Below, piece by piece: positions 40,892 to 54,954 of a stretch of DNA of 64,000 bases (position 1 is the stretch's first letter; every line of letters begins with the position of its first letter). The stretch is from Octopus vulgaris (taxonomy: Eukaryota): contig OX597821.1 of assembly GCA_951406725.2 (NCBI GenBank), positions 6,076,001 to 6,140,000 of the forward strand, read 5' to 3'. Below the pieces are notes generated by a model. That model saw only the letters and a list, made by a program, of their open reading frames with translations. It did not search any database and was not told the DNA's origin. Both the position numbers and the translations under genes were made by a program.

Positions 40892-42424
40892 GTATATATA
40901 TATATATGTATGTATGTATATATGTGTGTGTCTGTGTCTGTGTGCATATTTATATATATATGTCTGTGTGTGTGTGTGTGTGTATGTGTGTATAAAGTTG
41001 GGATGTGTGATGCTCAGCTATTCCATAAATGAAGAATGCATTAAATACTATAAAATGTACACTTAGGACAGACAACAGGACTCAAATTCTTCATCAGTTA
41101 TTGATCAAAAATATTAATACCAAATTTCATGCCTGCACACACACACGCATATATACACAGATATAGAGATACACATAGGCAGAAACAAATATATATTGTA
41201 TACACACACACACATATATATACAAATACATATACACACATATGGAGAAATATATAAATTTATATACACACACCACAAACACACCACACACACACAAGCA
41301 CATAAACACATACATCATACAGAGACACAAAATTGCATGCAAATTTTTAACCCTAAAATTGAAAGCTTGTACTCTTTACATTTCCAACACCTTCACCCAA
41401 ATACATGGAAGCATATATAATTACAACCAGGTTTTAGATACAAAACTGAAAGAGCCTTACACCACCTACACACACACACACACACACACTTAGACATGCA
41501 CAGTAACACAACACACATATACACACATAATATATTTCTATCCATATTTTGGCTTCTAAAATTGACAGCTTTCTCATTCACTCTCTTTCTCTCCCTCTTT
41601 ATCTCTCTTACATGCACACATATACACAAATAAATACATAAACATATGCAAGCATAAGAACATACAAATATACATATATAATTACACCCAGATTTTGGTT
41701 TCAAAACTGAAAGCTTTCTCACGAAAATGAACATATGGACACAAATTTATAATATACACACATCCATATATATACATATACATACATTCATATATAGATA
41801 CATATACATAAATACACACACACACACACAGATTCACAAATACACAGAAATACAGGTTTTAGCTTCAAATTGAAGGTTTTCTTACACCTTACACACACAT
41901 ATTGCAACCAGATTTCTCTTTCTTTAACTTCCAAAGTGAAATTAAAACAAAAACAAAACAGAAAACAAGAAAGCCAGGAAACATTAAATCCCCATAATAT
42001 ATCATCATCATTTTTCATCCTTTTTTTTCTGGGGTATTTTTTCATGCTGGTAGAGGTGTTAGGTATGTTTTCTCCAACACACCATTTTACTACTTGTTGC
42101 AGCCTTTTGTTATCTCCTTCCTGAGAACCAACATCCTGAGATCAGCTTCCACTGCTTTTACCCATGTCTTCCTGTGCTGAAGGTTCCTTCCTCTAGGATC
42201 TAATTTGGCACATTTTTACCCAAACGTCATCCTTTATATACATTACATGTTCCATACTAGTGCAACCTCCTCTTTTGCACGATCCATTTGATTCTTCTTG
42301 TACAGGGATTTTGTTGTGTTTTTTTCTGCTTTTCCTCAGCTTCTTTGTGTTCCATTGGAGGAGTCATACCTGCTCCAAGAGGTGCAGGCATGGCTGTGTG
42401 GTAAGCAGTTTGTTTCCATTGGTT

Positions 42425-42728
42425 ACAATAAGTAATCCAGTCGATCCGATCAACAGAACAGCCTGCTCATGAAATTATTGTGCAAATGGCTGAACACTCC
42501 GCAGGGATGCATACCCTCAACATAGTTCTCATGGAGATTCAGAGTGACACAGAATGTGACAAGGCTGGCCCTTGTTACTACAGGTACTACACATTTTTGC
42601 CAGCTGAATGGACAGGAGCAATGTGAAATATAGTGTCTTGCTCAAAGAGACAATGTGTTGCTAGGATCTGAACTCACAACCTTACAATCGTGAGCTGAAT
42701 ATCCAAACCGCTAACCCACACACCTTCA
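42425..42728 (-). mobile_element. tRNA-derived SINE family F
   Basis: Shares the ttgagcaagacact block with family D but has a different body (ggccagccttgtcaca...gatcggatc). Other copies at about 13535-13790, 4415-4570 and 40310-40485. Confidence 0.7.
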
Positions 42729-42780
42729 CAGATCACCTACGTAATAAAAGCTATCAGCTTCTTGTAAGAATCTTCTATGC

Positions 42781-43110
42781 CAGCATTTCTCAACCAGAGT
42801 TCCACGAGAAAGAGTAAGGTAAGCTAATGCTAATTTCATGACCGTAATATTACTATACATGCACATCATATAATTGGTTATTGTAATATTGTAATATAGA
42901 CATCATCCTATCTAACCGATTATACAGTTCTATATTTAAGAGACAAGGAATTATGTACATTATTTACATTATTTACATTTGAAGGATATTTGTCCTCGTC
43001 TTGTTTGTTGTCAACACGGCATTTCGGCTGATATACTCTCCAGCCTTCATCAGGTGCCTTGGGGAAATTTAGAACTTGGGTTCTCATTCATAAGGTATTT
43101 TTCCATGTTG

Positions 43111-43173
<63 letters not shown>

Positions 43174-43544
43174 TCACTGACTGGAACTGAACTCAGAATC
43201 TTGGGATTAGTAGCTCGCGCGCTTAACAACTACACCATATTCCCATCAAAAAATACCTTAGGAATGAGAACCCAGGTTCAAAATTTCCCCAAGACACCTG
43301 ATGAAAGCTGGAGAGTATATCAGCCGAAATGTGTTAGCAACAAACAAGATGAGGACAAATATCCGTCGAATGTAAATAATGTAAATAATGTACTAACCTA
43401 TTATGTTAAAAAAAATACAACAGCCATTGGGGGTATATTTAGCAATATTTGTAATCTATGGACACCATATATAATGCAGGGGTTCCTTGAGACATGTAAT
43501 TTATTTTAAGGCTTATGAAAGGGTAAAAAGGTTGAGAAACAATG
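42781..43544. mobile_element. hAT-type MITE with 8-bp TSD
   Basis: Termini cagcatttctcaacc / ggttgagaaacaatg, with exact TSD ttctatgc at 42773-42780 and 43545-43552. Confidence 0.8.
42924..43392. mobile_element. Family X element, inverted two-arm copy (copy 3), nested in a hAT MITE
   Basis: Full minus-strand arm plus a headless plus-strand tail. HHR motifs at about 43012-43058 (-) and 43293-43335 (+). TSD-like ctaaccgattat / ctaacctattat. Confidence 0.8.
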
Positions 43545-43744
43545 TTCTATGCATTTGAAAGAATTTATTCCATGGGTACTCTTGATGTGAACTACTCCAG
43601 TCCACATCAGTTTCATATGAAGGCTTTCCTCTCTGTCAATTTTTCTGTGACTCACTACATCTTTTTATGCATTCATAGTGTACATTTTGATACAACTTAT
43701 AGAATTTCCACCAACTTCTTTCCATCATCAAAATAATTATAGAA

Positions 43745-43945
43745 CCCTAATTTTTTTCTCACTGCCAACAAAATCTTTTACCTTTGCTTGATTCCCATTA
43801 GGGTTTCTTGATTCTAAGTTTTGCTTCCATGTAAGGGATTGCTTCACTATATCTTTGACGGAGTCAGCTATGAAAGCCAAATCATCATCAGCAAGGAGGA
43901 GTTTCCACAGACAATCCAGTCTTAGATTCCTCTGTTGTGGCCAGG
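43745..43945 (-). pseudogene. RTE-type reverse transcriptase remnant (YADD region)
   Basis: LRLDCLWKLLLADDDLAFIADS...WKQNLESR...N.AK.K resembles CPWELLYADDL.L.A.S...WK..LE.KGL.VN..KTK. Confidence 0.7.
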
Positions 43946-44341
43946 AGAATTGGAACCAATACAACAGGCACCTACCAGTATGCTAAATTCTTTACCAAAC
44001 TTGTTGCTAACTTTCACCTTGCTAATAGAGTCTCTGTACAAGGTGTGCACAAATTTCACAAAACTTTATTCACACCTAATTTTCTTAGTGACAACCAACA
44101 ATGAAGTATGGTACTTTTTTAAGGACCTGCCCAAGATAAGCAAACGTAAGGTATAGTGTCTTGTTTTTGGCAACAAACTTGTCGTCAAGTTTTATAATTT
44201 GCTTAGCACAGGTACAGGAACAAGAATCAAATAACCGTAAACAGTGAATTTCTAACTTGCCATAGCGGAAGCACAACCAACAGCAGAAAATAAGAGACGG
44301 GGTAACAACATCAACCATAATCCTGTGGCAATGGAATAAAC

Positions 44342-44750
44342 TCTCTTTACTCTTTTACTTGTTTCAGTCATTTTGACTGCGGCCATGCTGGAGCACCGCC
44401 TTTAGTCGAGCAACTCGACCCCGGGACTTATTCTTTGTAAGCCTAGTACTTATTCTATCGGTCTCTTTTGCCGAACCGCTAAGTGACGGGGACGTAAACA
44501 CACCAGCATCGGTTGTCAAGCAATGCTAGGGGGACAAACACAGACACACAAACACACACACGCATACATATATATATATACATATATACGACAGGCTTCT
44601 TTCAGTTTCCGTCTACCAAATCCACTCACAAGGCATTGGTCGGCCCGGGGTTATAGCAGAAGACACTTGCCCAAGATGCCACGCAGTGGGACTGAACCCG
44701 GAACCATGTGGTTGGTAAGCAAGCTACTTACCACACAGCCACTCCTGAGC
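44342..44750 (-). mobile_element. tRNA-derived SINE family A, young full-length copy
   Basis: Head ggagtggctgtgtggtaag...gggttcagtccc, a cttgggcaagtg conserved block, central (TA/CA)n and an (AAAAGAGT)n tail. Most abundant family: also about 85-250, 1905-2290, 11210-11615, 11895-12240, 16830-17240, 22980-23320, 29933-30314, 45141-45548, 47280-47650, 48115-48490, 49058-49495, 49863-50248, 54035-54456, 56478-56950 and 62470-63045. Confidence 0.85.
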
Positions 44751-44764
44751 CTATGTGTTCCCAT

Positions 44765-44960
44765 TTATTACCTCTGCCTTAGCAAAGGCAGAGGTATTGT
44801 TTTTCGGTTACGTTTGTTTGTTTGTCCATGGACAAGATATCTCAAGGACCGCTGGATGGATTTGGGTGCAACTTTCAGGGATGTTTGGCCTCATGACTGG
44901 CATGAACTGATTAGATTTTCAGATCGATCCGGTACTGGACAAGGATTCTAGATGATTTGT
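44765..44960 (+). mobile_element. Helentron-associated (DINE-1/HINE-like) element fragment
   Basis: ttattacctctgcc hairpin (ctctgcctt-agca-aaggcagag), then (TTTG)n, then ggatggatttgggtgcaacttt. This order is characteristic of DINE-1-like repeats. Confidence 0.55.
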
Positions 44961-46662
44961 TTTATTTACTTTACATGATTACAATCTTATGTTAACTTTC
45001 AACTCTTTCTCAATTATCTCCCTTTAGGAAGTAACTATTTTGGATGGTGAATTTGTTAACTTTGGCTAATATACAATGAGCTTCTTTCAGTTTCTGTCTA
45101 CCAAATCCACTCGCAAGGTTTTGGTCAGCCCAGGACTATACTCTTTACTCTCTTTCACTTGTTTTAGTCATTTGACTGCGGCCATGCTGGAGCACCGCCT
45201 TTAGTCGAGCAAATCGACCCCAGGACTTATTCTTTGTAAGCCCAGTACTTATTCTATCGGTCTCTTTTGCCGAACCGCTAAGTGACGGGGACGTAAACAC
45301 ACCAGCATCGGTTGTCAAGCAATGCTAGGGGGACAAACACAGACACACAAACATAAACACACACACATATATATATATACATATATACGACGGGCTTCTT
45401 TCAGTTTCCGTCTACCAAATCCACTCACAAGGCTTTGGTCGTCCTGAGGCTACAGTAGAAGACACTTGCCCAAAGTGCCATGCAATGGGACTGAACCCGG
45501 AACCATGTGGTTGGTAAGCAAACTTCTCAAGTACACAGCCACGCTTGCCTCAATGAGTTTGCAGTTTGATATATGTCTGCATGGATATAAAATTTAGTTA
45601 TCGTATTTATTTTGAATGGCTCTGTGTTTCTTTCAATTATTTTAAATATAAGAAAGAATTTAGTAAAATAACTCGGTTATCATTAAGCTAGAATTAGGAA
45701 CATAAATTGTGACTAAGGTTTGGTGGAAGATTTTAATTCAAAACTTATGAAAACGAAGACATTTATACTACAGAGCCAGAGCCAGTTTCAGCCAGGTTGG
45801 TAACGAAAGAGTCAAACTGACGCAAGGCAGCAAACTGGCAGAATTATTACCATTCTGGAAAAAACATTTAGTGGTATTTCTTTTGTCTTTGCATTCAGTG
45901 TTCAAATTCTATTTTTTTCCTTTTTCTTTCTACTATAGGCACAAGGTCTGAAATTTGGGGGAGGGGGATAGTCGATTTCATTGACCTCAGTGCATAACTG
46001 GTACTTATTTCATCAACCCTGGAGGGATGAAAGGCAAAGTTGACCTTGGTGGAATTTGAACTCAGAACGTAGCAACAGGTAATACCGCTAAGCATTTCAA
46101 GCAGCATGCTAACGATTCTGCCAGCTCACCACTTTCTGTGTTCAAATTCTGCCAAGGTTGATTTTGCCTTTCATCTTTTTGGGGTCGATAAAATAAATAC
46201 CAGTTGAACACTGAGGTCAATGTAATCAACATATTGTCCCTCCCTTGAAATTGCTGGCCTTGTACCAAATTTTGAAACTGATGCATGCATATATACATAC
46301 ACACACACAGATGTAAACACACATACAGATGTTTGTGTACCAAGGTGTGTGGATGTATGTTTATGTATATGTGTGTGTATGTATGCACACGTATAGATAT
46401 GTATGTGTATGATAGAACTGATTACCCCTTTAATTAAAATGTAATTAGATGTAATTAAGAAAACTTCATACAGTAATGTTAAGTAACAAAATAATTACAT
46501 ATATGTATTTGTACGTATGTGTATGTGTGCATGTATGTATATGGTTGTGTATGTTTTATATGTCTATGTATAACGTGTGTGTGTGTATGTGTAAGTATGT
46601 TTGTGTGTGCATGTACATCTGTGTGGTATGCATGTTTGTGGTACGCATGCATATGTGTATAT

Positions 46663-46704
<42 letters not shown>

Positions 46705-46895
46705 AAGTGCATTTCTGCTTGTGTTATGTATGAACACGTGTGTGTGTGTGCATCTGTGTGTTTATAAAATTCCTAGAAATCACTTTGGCAATTAGTGTAC
46801 CAAAACAGAAAATGGTACTTAATGCTGTCCTCCAGCTTACAGCTCCTGTCAACCCATCCAACCCACACAAGCATAGAAGATGGATGTTGAATGTC

Positions 46896-46929
<34 letters not shown>

Positions 46930-47651
46930 CCTGTCAAACAACATTTAGATTTCTTTCTTTGATATCCAAAGTTCAAATCCCAAAGGAGTCCAACGGACTC
47001 TTCATCCCTTTGCAGGGACATAGTATCACATGTAAATATCTGATTAAATATGCAAATTAGCTAATTAAATATTTAAATCTCAAGTATGCAAATTAGGCAC
47101 AATAATTTTTCTGCTCAAAAGAAACTGTTATATGCTTTGCCGTGTTTGAACAGAATTATAGTTAGTAACTCTCTAATAGGTGAGTGAGTGAGTGAGTGGG
47201 GGATGAGTGAGTGAGCGAGTGAGTGTGTAAATGAGTGAGCGAGGGTGTGTGTGTGTGTGTGTGTGTATCTTTTACCTTGTACTTGTTTCAGCCATTAGAC
47301 TGCAGCCATGAAGAGTCTTTAGTCAAATAAATTGATCAACCCCGCCAGGTTTATTTTTGTTAAACATGGTAATTTTCTGAGATCTCTCTTGCTGAACTGC
47401 CAAATAATGGGGATGTAAACACACCAACACCGGCTGTCAAGCAGTGTAAGGGGACACTAAGACACACACACATAAATATACATATATACGATGGGCTTCT
47501 TTCAGTTTCCATCTACCAAATTCACTCACAAGGCTTTGGTTGGCCCAAAGCTATAACAGAAGACACTTGCCCAAGGTGCTACACAGTGAGACTGAACCCA
47601 GAACCATGTGGTTGGGAAGCAAGCTTCTTACCACACAACCACACATACGCC

Positions 47652-47985
47652 TGTATGTATGTATGAATGTATGTATGTATGTGTGCATGTATGTGTGTAT
47701 GTGTATGTATGTATGTATGTATGTGTGTGTGTGTATGTGTATGTATGTATGTATGTATTTATGTATGTGTGTGTGTGTATGTGTATGTATGTATGTATGT
47801 ATGTATGTATGTATGTGTGTATGTGTGTATGTATGTATGTATGCATGTGTGTATGTATGCATGCATGCGTGCATGTATGTATGCATGTATGTATGTATGT
47901 ACATATGTATGTATATGTGTGTATGTATGTATGTATGTATGTATGTATGTGTATATACATGGATGCATGCATGCATGAATGTATA
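47652..47985. repeat. (ATGT)n/(GT)n compound microsatellite
   Basis: Direct reading. Confidence 0.9.
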
Positions 47986-49274
47986 TAAAAAGAGAGAGAG
48001 AGAGAGCAAGGGAGATACAGATAGACAGGAAGACAGACACACCCATAAGCAAGAGCATACCAGCCTGGCAAACGGAAATTTATTTAATGATGAATGAGGA
48101 AAACAAAAACAGGATTAGCTGAGTGGTAAGTAGCTAGCTTACCAACCACGTGGTTCAAGGTTCAGTCCCACTGCGTGGCACCTTGGTCAGTGTCTTCTAA
48201 TATAGCCTTGGGCCGACCAAATCCTTGTGAGCGGATTTGGTAGATGGAAACTGAAAGAAGCCCATCATGCGTGTGTGTGTGTGTGTGTGTGTGTTTTTGT
48301 CCCCCAACACCTTCGCTTGACAAACGATGTTGGTGTGTTCACGTCCCTGTAACTTAGCTGTTCAGCAAAAGAGACGGATAGAATAAGTACCAGGCTTACA
48401 AAAAATAAGTCCTGGGGTCAATTAGCTTGACTGAAGGCAGTGCTTCAGCATGGCCACAGTCAAATGACTGAAACAAGTAAAAGAATAAAAGAATATACAA
48501 TGATAAATTGTTTACAGGTAAGATAAGGAGTACATGCATAAATTTGTAGGTACACCTGGGTGATACATACATACATAGATAGATACACACCTGTATACCT
48601 GTGTAATTGTGTGTTGAAGCTCAATTGTAAGTAAAAACAGGGAGTGTAAGGAAAAGGGAAGAAAAAGAAGTCTAGGGGTGGGGGAAGGAAAAGAAGATTG
48701 TGTGCGTATGTGTGTGTGTGTGTGTGGAGGGAGCCAGTGTGTAGATGGAGGTACTTAATCACAAGACAAAATATGGAGGTGAATCCATAGAAAACTGGAA
48801 TAGAAAAGAAGGAATGGGAAAAGAGAGGGAGAGGGGGAAATAGGGGAGAGAAAGCTTCTATGAATGTGTGATGTGTGTGTGTATGTGTGTGTGTGTGTGT
48901 GTGTGTGCACAGGTGTCATGTGAGAACCAGTTCAATAAACAGATCAATAGACAGGTGAACGGGAAGGTGAAAACTTCCAATATTTCAAGACCCATTTTTG
49001 TGTATCACATGAGTATAGTTATAGGTTCATATTAATATCTTTATAGATATTTTATTATTTTACTTGTTTCAGTCATCTAACTGCGGTCATGCTGGAGCAC
49101 TGCCTTTAGTCAAACAAATTGAGCCCCCTGACTTATTCTTTGTAAGCCTAGTGCTTATACTATCAGTCTCTTTTGCCAAACTGCTAAGTTACAGGGATGT
49201 AAACACACCAACTTCGGTTGTCAAACAATGATGGAGGACAAACACAGATACACACACACATTTACATATATACA

Positions 49275-49324
<50 letters not shown>

Positions 49325-49790
49325 CATACATACATACAACAGGCTTCTTTCAGTTTCCAGCCACCAAATCCACTCACAAGGCTTTGGTCAGCCCGAAGCT
49401 ATAGTAGAAGACATTTGCCCAAGGTGACATATGGTGGGACTGAACCCAGAACCATGCGGTTGGGAAGCAAGCTTCTTATGACACAGCCACACCTGCTGTT
49501 TGTACGTATACATTTACATACATTTTATAGATAGAGAGTGAGATATAGATAGATAAATAGAAAGACACAAGGACATAGAAAAAGATGTGTGTGTGTCGGC
49601 GTGTGTGTGTGTATGTGCGAATTACACACTGTAAAATGGTTGGTGTTAGGAAGGGGCATCCAGCTGAAGAAAGCATGCCAAAACTGACATGGACTATGAT
49701 GCAGTGTTGTGGGTCACCAGATCCTGTCAAACCATCTATCCAACCAATGCTAGCAAGGAAGATGGATGTTAAATTATGAAGATGATGATG

Positions 49791-49830
<40 letters not shown>

Positions 49831-50273
49831 ATATATGTGTGCCTGTGTGTGTGTATATATATACTCCTTTACTCTTTTACTTGTTTCAGTCATTTGACTA
49901 CGACCATGCTGGAGCACCGCCTTTAGTCGAACGAATCGACCCCAGGACTTATTCTTTGTAAGCCTAGTACTTATTCTATCGGTCACTTTTGCTGAACCGC
50001 TACATTACGGGGGATCGTAAACACACCAGCATCGGTTGTCAAGCGATGTTGGGAGGACAAACACAGACACACATACATACATGTATATATATACGACGGG
50101 CTTCTTTCAGTTTCCAGCCACCAAATCCACTTACAAGGCTTTGGTCGGCCCGAGGCTATAGTAGAAGACACTTACCCGAGGTGCCATACAGTGGGACTGA
50201 ACCCGGAACTATGTGATTGGTAAGCAAGCGACTTACCATACAGCTACTCAAAGATTTTTATATTCAGACCAAT

Positions 50274-50514
50274 TTAAACCTTTAGCATTAAAACCGGCCA
50301 CATCTAACCCAAGAATTTCGTCTGTTTTATGTGCAAACTGGCCAGATCTGGCCTCCCATACTTACCTTATAATGTCAATCTAAAAATAGACAATATGATG
50401 ATGATGATGATGACATTATGATAATCTCAAAGCTGCAAGATAATACAGGATTAATTCAAAATAGTGCAAACAAGTATTACTTTTGAGAGAGTAATCTGAC
50501 TACTGAAGGGTTAA
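50274..50514. mobile_element. piggyBac-type TTAA MITE (family H)
   Basis: ttaaacctttagcatt...gaagggttaa. Related copies at about 5305-5532, 54910-55385 (interrupted) and 57444-57670. Confidence 0.7.
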
Positions 50515-51359
50515 ACAGGAAATTTATAGAACAGAATCAGGGATAGTTTGGAACAGGTAGCAAAAGGTTTAATGACACAAAGCCACTTGATAATACCCAA
50601 AGCTGTTAAATTTACTTTAGATTTAAATATATTTCATGAAGTATCAAACATTTTACTGTACAACTGCAACCAGGTTGCTGACATATTTAGAGTCGGAAGT
50701 GTGTCAGTCCTAGACTGCAAACTGAGTAACGACAAGTTTGACACCTCATAAAATAAATTCAAGTTTGAAATGAATTTAACAGGTTATTAATGTGTAATTA
50801 AATGGCTCTTTGACAATGTAGTTCCAGTCTCAGCTCAAGCAGCCTGCAAGACAAGTACAACACTGCAGATATGTAAAGCGTTTAATTACTTTGTGCATGC
50901 TTAACAGTCAAAAACCAAAACAATGATTTATATATCATTCTTAAAACGTTCCAGCAAATTTGAACATTAACCCTTTCGTTACTGTATTTATTTTGAGATG
51001 CTGTCTTTCTTTCAATTATTTTAAATATGACAAAGAATTTAGTAAAATAACTTAGTTATCATTCAGCTAGTGTTAGGGACATAAATTGTGGCTAAGCTTT
51101 GGTGGAAGATTTTAATTCAAAATTTATGAAAACAAGACATTTTACCACAGAGCCAGAGCCGGTTTTGGCCAGGTTAGTAACAAAAGGGTTAATATGCTAA
51201 TCACTGACATTTCTCTATATTTTGTCAATGGAGAACAACTACTTTCAGACAAATGTGTATTCAGAATACACTTGACTCATCAGTGCCTTTCAGGGGTCTT
51301 TCAAACACCCAGTGTTTCAACATCATTATCTCCTCAGTCAAAGCTATAAGGGTCTAATG

Positions 51360-51789
51360 CAGTGCTTCTCAAACCATCTGATGTGGTGTACCAGCAGTTT
51401 TTTTTTCCAATGTGCCAGGGACTGGTAATATTAATTTATACTGGAAACAATTGCACCCACTACACTCACGGAGTGGTTGGCGTCAGGAAGGGCATCCAGC
51501 CGTAGAAATATTGCCAGATTAGACTGGAGCCTGGTGCAGCCTTCCTGGCTTCCCAGACCCCAGTCGAACTGTGCAACCCATGCTAGCATGGAAAACGGAC
51601 ATTAATATGATGATGAATATAAAAAAAGTTGACAATTTTTTTATCTTATATTTATTTAGTAAACAAATAATACAACATTACATAAGTATTTTATAATGTT
51701 TCTTTCTTTTCTGGAAACTCGCCGCATACCAGCAGCTGATAGCTCACAGACCGGCACCAGTCCACAGACCACCACTTTGAGTAGCACTA
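51360..51789. mobile_element. hAT (Charlie-like) MITE with nested RTE 3'-UTR repeat
   Basis: Termini cagtgcttctcaaa / tttgagtagcacta. No TSD evident. Confidence 0.6.
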
Positions 51790-52689
51790 ACAAGAATTTG
51801 TGGCTTTAGTCTGTAATTTTAGCAAACAAATTATTTACTAATAATAAATCATCTTCTGTGCACAGTAAACATCAAGAATCAAAACGAAGACCTACACAAT
51901 TATTTTTAATACATTCCAACAGATTTCAATGTGAACGAGTGAAATGCTGTTGTATTTCATCAGAGGAAAATTGTTGCTCCTTTCACACAAATGTATGAGC
52001 ATAACACAGTTGGTTTATTTGCATATGGTGACTTTTAGGACACCTGGTGTTTCGACATCTTTGTTTCTTCCCAACCAAAGCTACCCCAGACTAATGAATC
52101 TAACAAGCTTGTAGCTCGTTATAATCTTAGCAAAAAAAATTATTTGCTGACATGTGCTGACATCTACCAACCAATAATAAATAACTGTCATGTGCACAGT
52201 AAACAGGGAGGATCAAAAGAAAGACTGCCGCATTCAGTCTTAATATGTTCTGGCAGATTCAAACATGAATATACAAATCCTTATTGTATCTCATCATCAT
52301 TTAATATCCATGTTCCAGACTATCATGGGTAGGACAGTTTGACTGGAACCAATGTGTCCAAGGACTGCATCAAGCTCCGGTTTTTACAGCTGGGGCCCTT
52401 TTTAATAATCCTGCAGTTTGGAAGAGGGGGATAGTCGATAATATCGACCCCAGTGCATAACTGCTACTTAGTTTATTGACCCTAAAAAGATGAAAGGCAA
52501 AGTCGACCTTAGCAGAATTTGAATTCAGAACATAGACCATCATCATCATTTAATGTCTGTTTTCCATGTTGGACAGCTTGACAGGAGCTGGCAAGGTCAG
52601 AGCCAACACCAGGTTCCATAGTCTGTTTTGGATTGGTTTCTACAGCTGGATACCATTTCTAATGCCAACCATTTTACAGGGTGCTTTTT

Positions 52690-53262
52690 AGCATCACCAG
52701 TACTTTTTATGAAGTACCAGCACCAGTGCTTTTTACATGGCACCAGCACCAGTGCTTTTTACATGGCACCATCACCAGTGCTTTTTATGTGGCACCATCA
52801 CCAGTGCTTTTTACATGGCACCAGCACCAGTACTTTTTACATGGCACCATCACCAGTACTTTTTACATGGCACCAGCACCAGTGCTTTTATGTGGCACCA
52901 TCGCCAGTGCTTTTTACATGGCACCAGCACCAGTACTTTTTACATGGCACCATCGCCAGTGCTTTTTACATGGCACCAGCACCAGTACTTTTTACATGGC
53001 ACCATCGCCAGTGCTTTTTACATGGCACCAGCACCAGTACTTTTTACATGGCACCATCACCAGTGCTTTTTATGTGGCACCATCGCCAGTGCTTCTTTTT
53101 GTAACACCATCACAAGCACCAATGCTTTTACATGGCACCAACACCAATGCTTTTACATGGCACCAGCACCAATGCTTTTACATGGCACCAACACCAATGC
53201 TTTTACATGGCACCAGCACCAATGCTTTTACATGGCACCAGCACCAATGCTTTTTTACATGG
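52690..53262. repeat. Minisatellite of 24-26-bp units (gtgctttttacatggcaccagcacca) with alternating variants
   Basis: About 20 tandem units read directly. They explain the repetitive ORFs at 52628-53422. Confidence 0.9.
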
Positions 53263-53825
53263 TACCTTGGTCTTAGGATATCAGTTCTGTTGTGGTGGGT
53301 GGATTCTCTTGAGTTACAGCAATGCACCACATACCTCAGACCTCCGTTATCTTCATAAGGCTCATCAATACTTTGTCCCATGTCTTCCTTGGTCTCCCTC
53401 TTCCATAGGAATACAGAATTAAACACATCTGCATATGAGTACTTGTGTATAGGCTCAGGCATGACTGCATGGTTCAAAAACTTGCTTGCTTCCAACCGTG
53501 TGGTTTTAAGTTCAGTCCCACTGTACAGCATCTTGGATAAGTGTCTTCTACTACAACCCTGAGCCAACTAAAGACTTGAGAGTGGATTTGGAAGATAGAA
53601 ATTAAAAGAAGCTCATCAATGTGTGTGTGGATGGATGTTTGTTACATAATAGTTGTAAACAAGAGGAAACATCCCATCTTTTTGAATATCCAAGATTACT
53701 TTATCCAACATCTGCTTTCTTTTTTAACCCTTTCTCTGTCCAAAACATTTTCATAGGTTTGTCCTAAAAATCCATGCTTCTTTTCAGACTTTTGCTTAGC
53801 CCTTGTTTCATACATTTTGAGTAGT

Positions 53826-54462
53826 TCTAACCCCAAGATAATGAGTTCAATTCCAGACAGTGACCTTAATAATAATAATAATAATAACATCAAAAGAAAA
53901 AATACCTTAGGAATGAGAACCCAGGTTCAAAATTTCCCCAAGACACCTGATGAAGGCTGGAGGGTATATCAGCCGAAACATTGTGTTAACAACAAACAAG
54001 ATGAGGACAAATATCTGTCGAAATATAAATAATAGGCGTAGGAGTGGCTGTGTGGGAAGTAGCTTGCTAACCAACCACATGGTTCAGTCCCACTGCGTGG
54101 CACCTTGGGCAAGTATCTTCTACTATAGCTTTGGGCTGACCAAAACCTTGTGAGTGGATTTGGTAGACAGAAGCTGAAAGAAGTCTGTCATATATATGTC
54201 TATATATATATATATATATATATAGACATATATATATGTATGTGTGTATATATGTTTGTGTGTCTGTGTTTGTCCCTCCAACATTGCTTGACAACCAATG
54301 CTGGTGTGTTTACATCACCGTAACTTAGCGGATCTGCAAAAGACACCGATAGAATAAGTACTAGGCTTACAAAGAATAAGTCCTGGGGTCGATTTGCTAG
54401 ACTAAAAGTGATACTCCAGCATGGCCACAGTCAAATGAGTGAAACAAGTGAAAGAGTAATGT
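53826..54462 (+). mobile_element. Family X element (copy 4), interrupted near its 3' end by a SINE-A insertion
   Basis: HHR motif at 53942-53987. TSD-like acattttgagtagt (53812-53825) / acactttgagtagt (54463-54476) brackets both the element and the nested SINE. Confidence 0.75.
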
Positions 54463-54954
54463 ACACTTTGAGTAGTATTAAGCTTTTCTCTCTTAAGTCC
54501 TAAGTAACTCTAGTGATCGGAAAAAAAATTGGGAATGTGTATTATAAATGATGCATGGATACCAGGAAAAAAAGGGCCTGTGTATTACATGTGATACCTA
54601 GGCAAGGAGTTTAAAAGTAGCAGAGTTTTTTAGTAAGTTTTTGGGGGATTTTTTGAGTTTGTTTTTCGTTTTGGTGATAGTAGGGCAATTATGCCTCATG
54701 CTGAATTACCACCTTCAGTGTAATTAAGTGGAAATTGGCTGCTATTTCTTGTAAGTCCAATGATATACTGGCTTACTTTTTGTAATTCAATACCTTACTG
54801 TCCAGAGCTCAAATTCTGCCAAAGGTAGGAATTATTTTCCATTTTTCTTTAATAAAAATAAGAACCAAATAAACTACTAACAATATAATGGATCAGATAA
54901 AATGGTTATTTAAACCTTTAGCATTCAGATTTCTCTCCCACATAAAGGTCTTAT

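Noticed and set aside
51812-52300. Diverged direct duplication (about 51812-51962 versus 52121-52297)
   Set aside because: Old local tandem duplication with no coding, terminal-repeat or structural signal.
52628-53422. Repeat array resembling a CRISPR array or a repetitive protein
   Set aside because: Units are contiguous with no unique spacers, the context is eukaryotic, and the array derives from a LINE 3' UTR motif.
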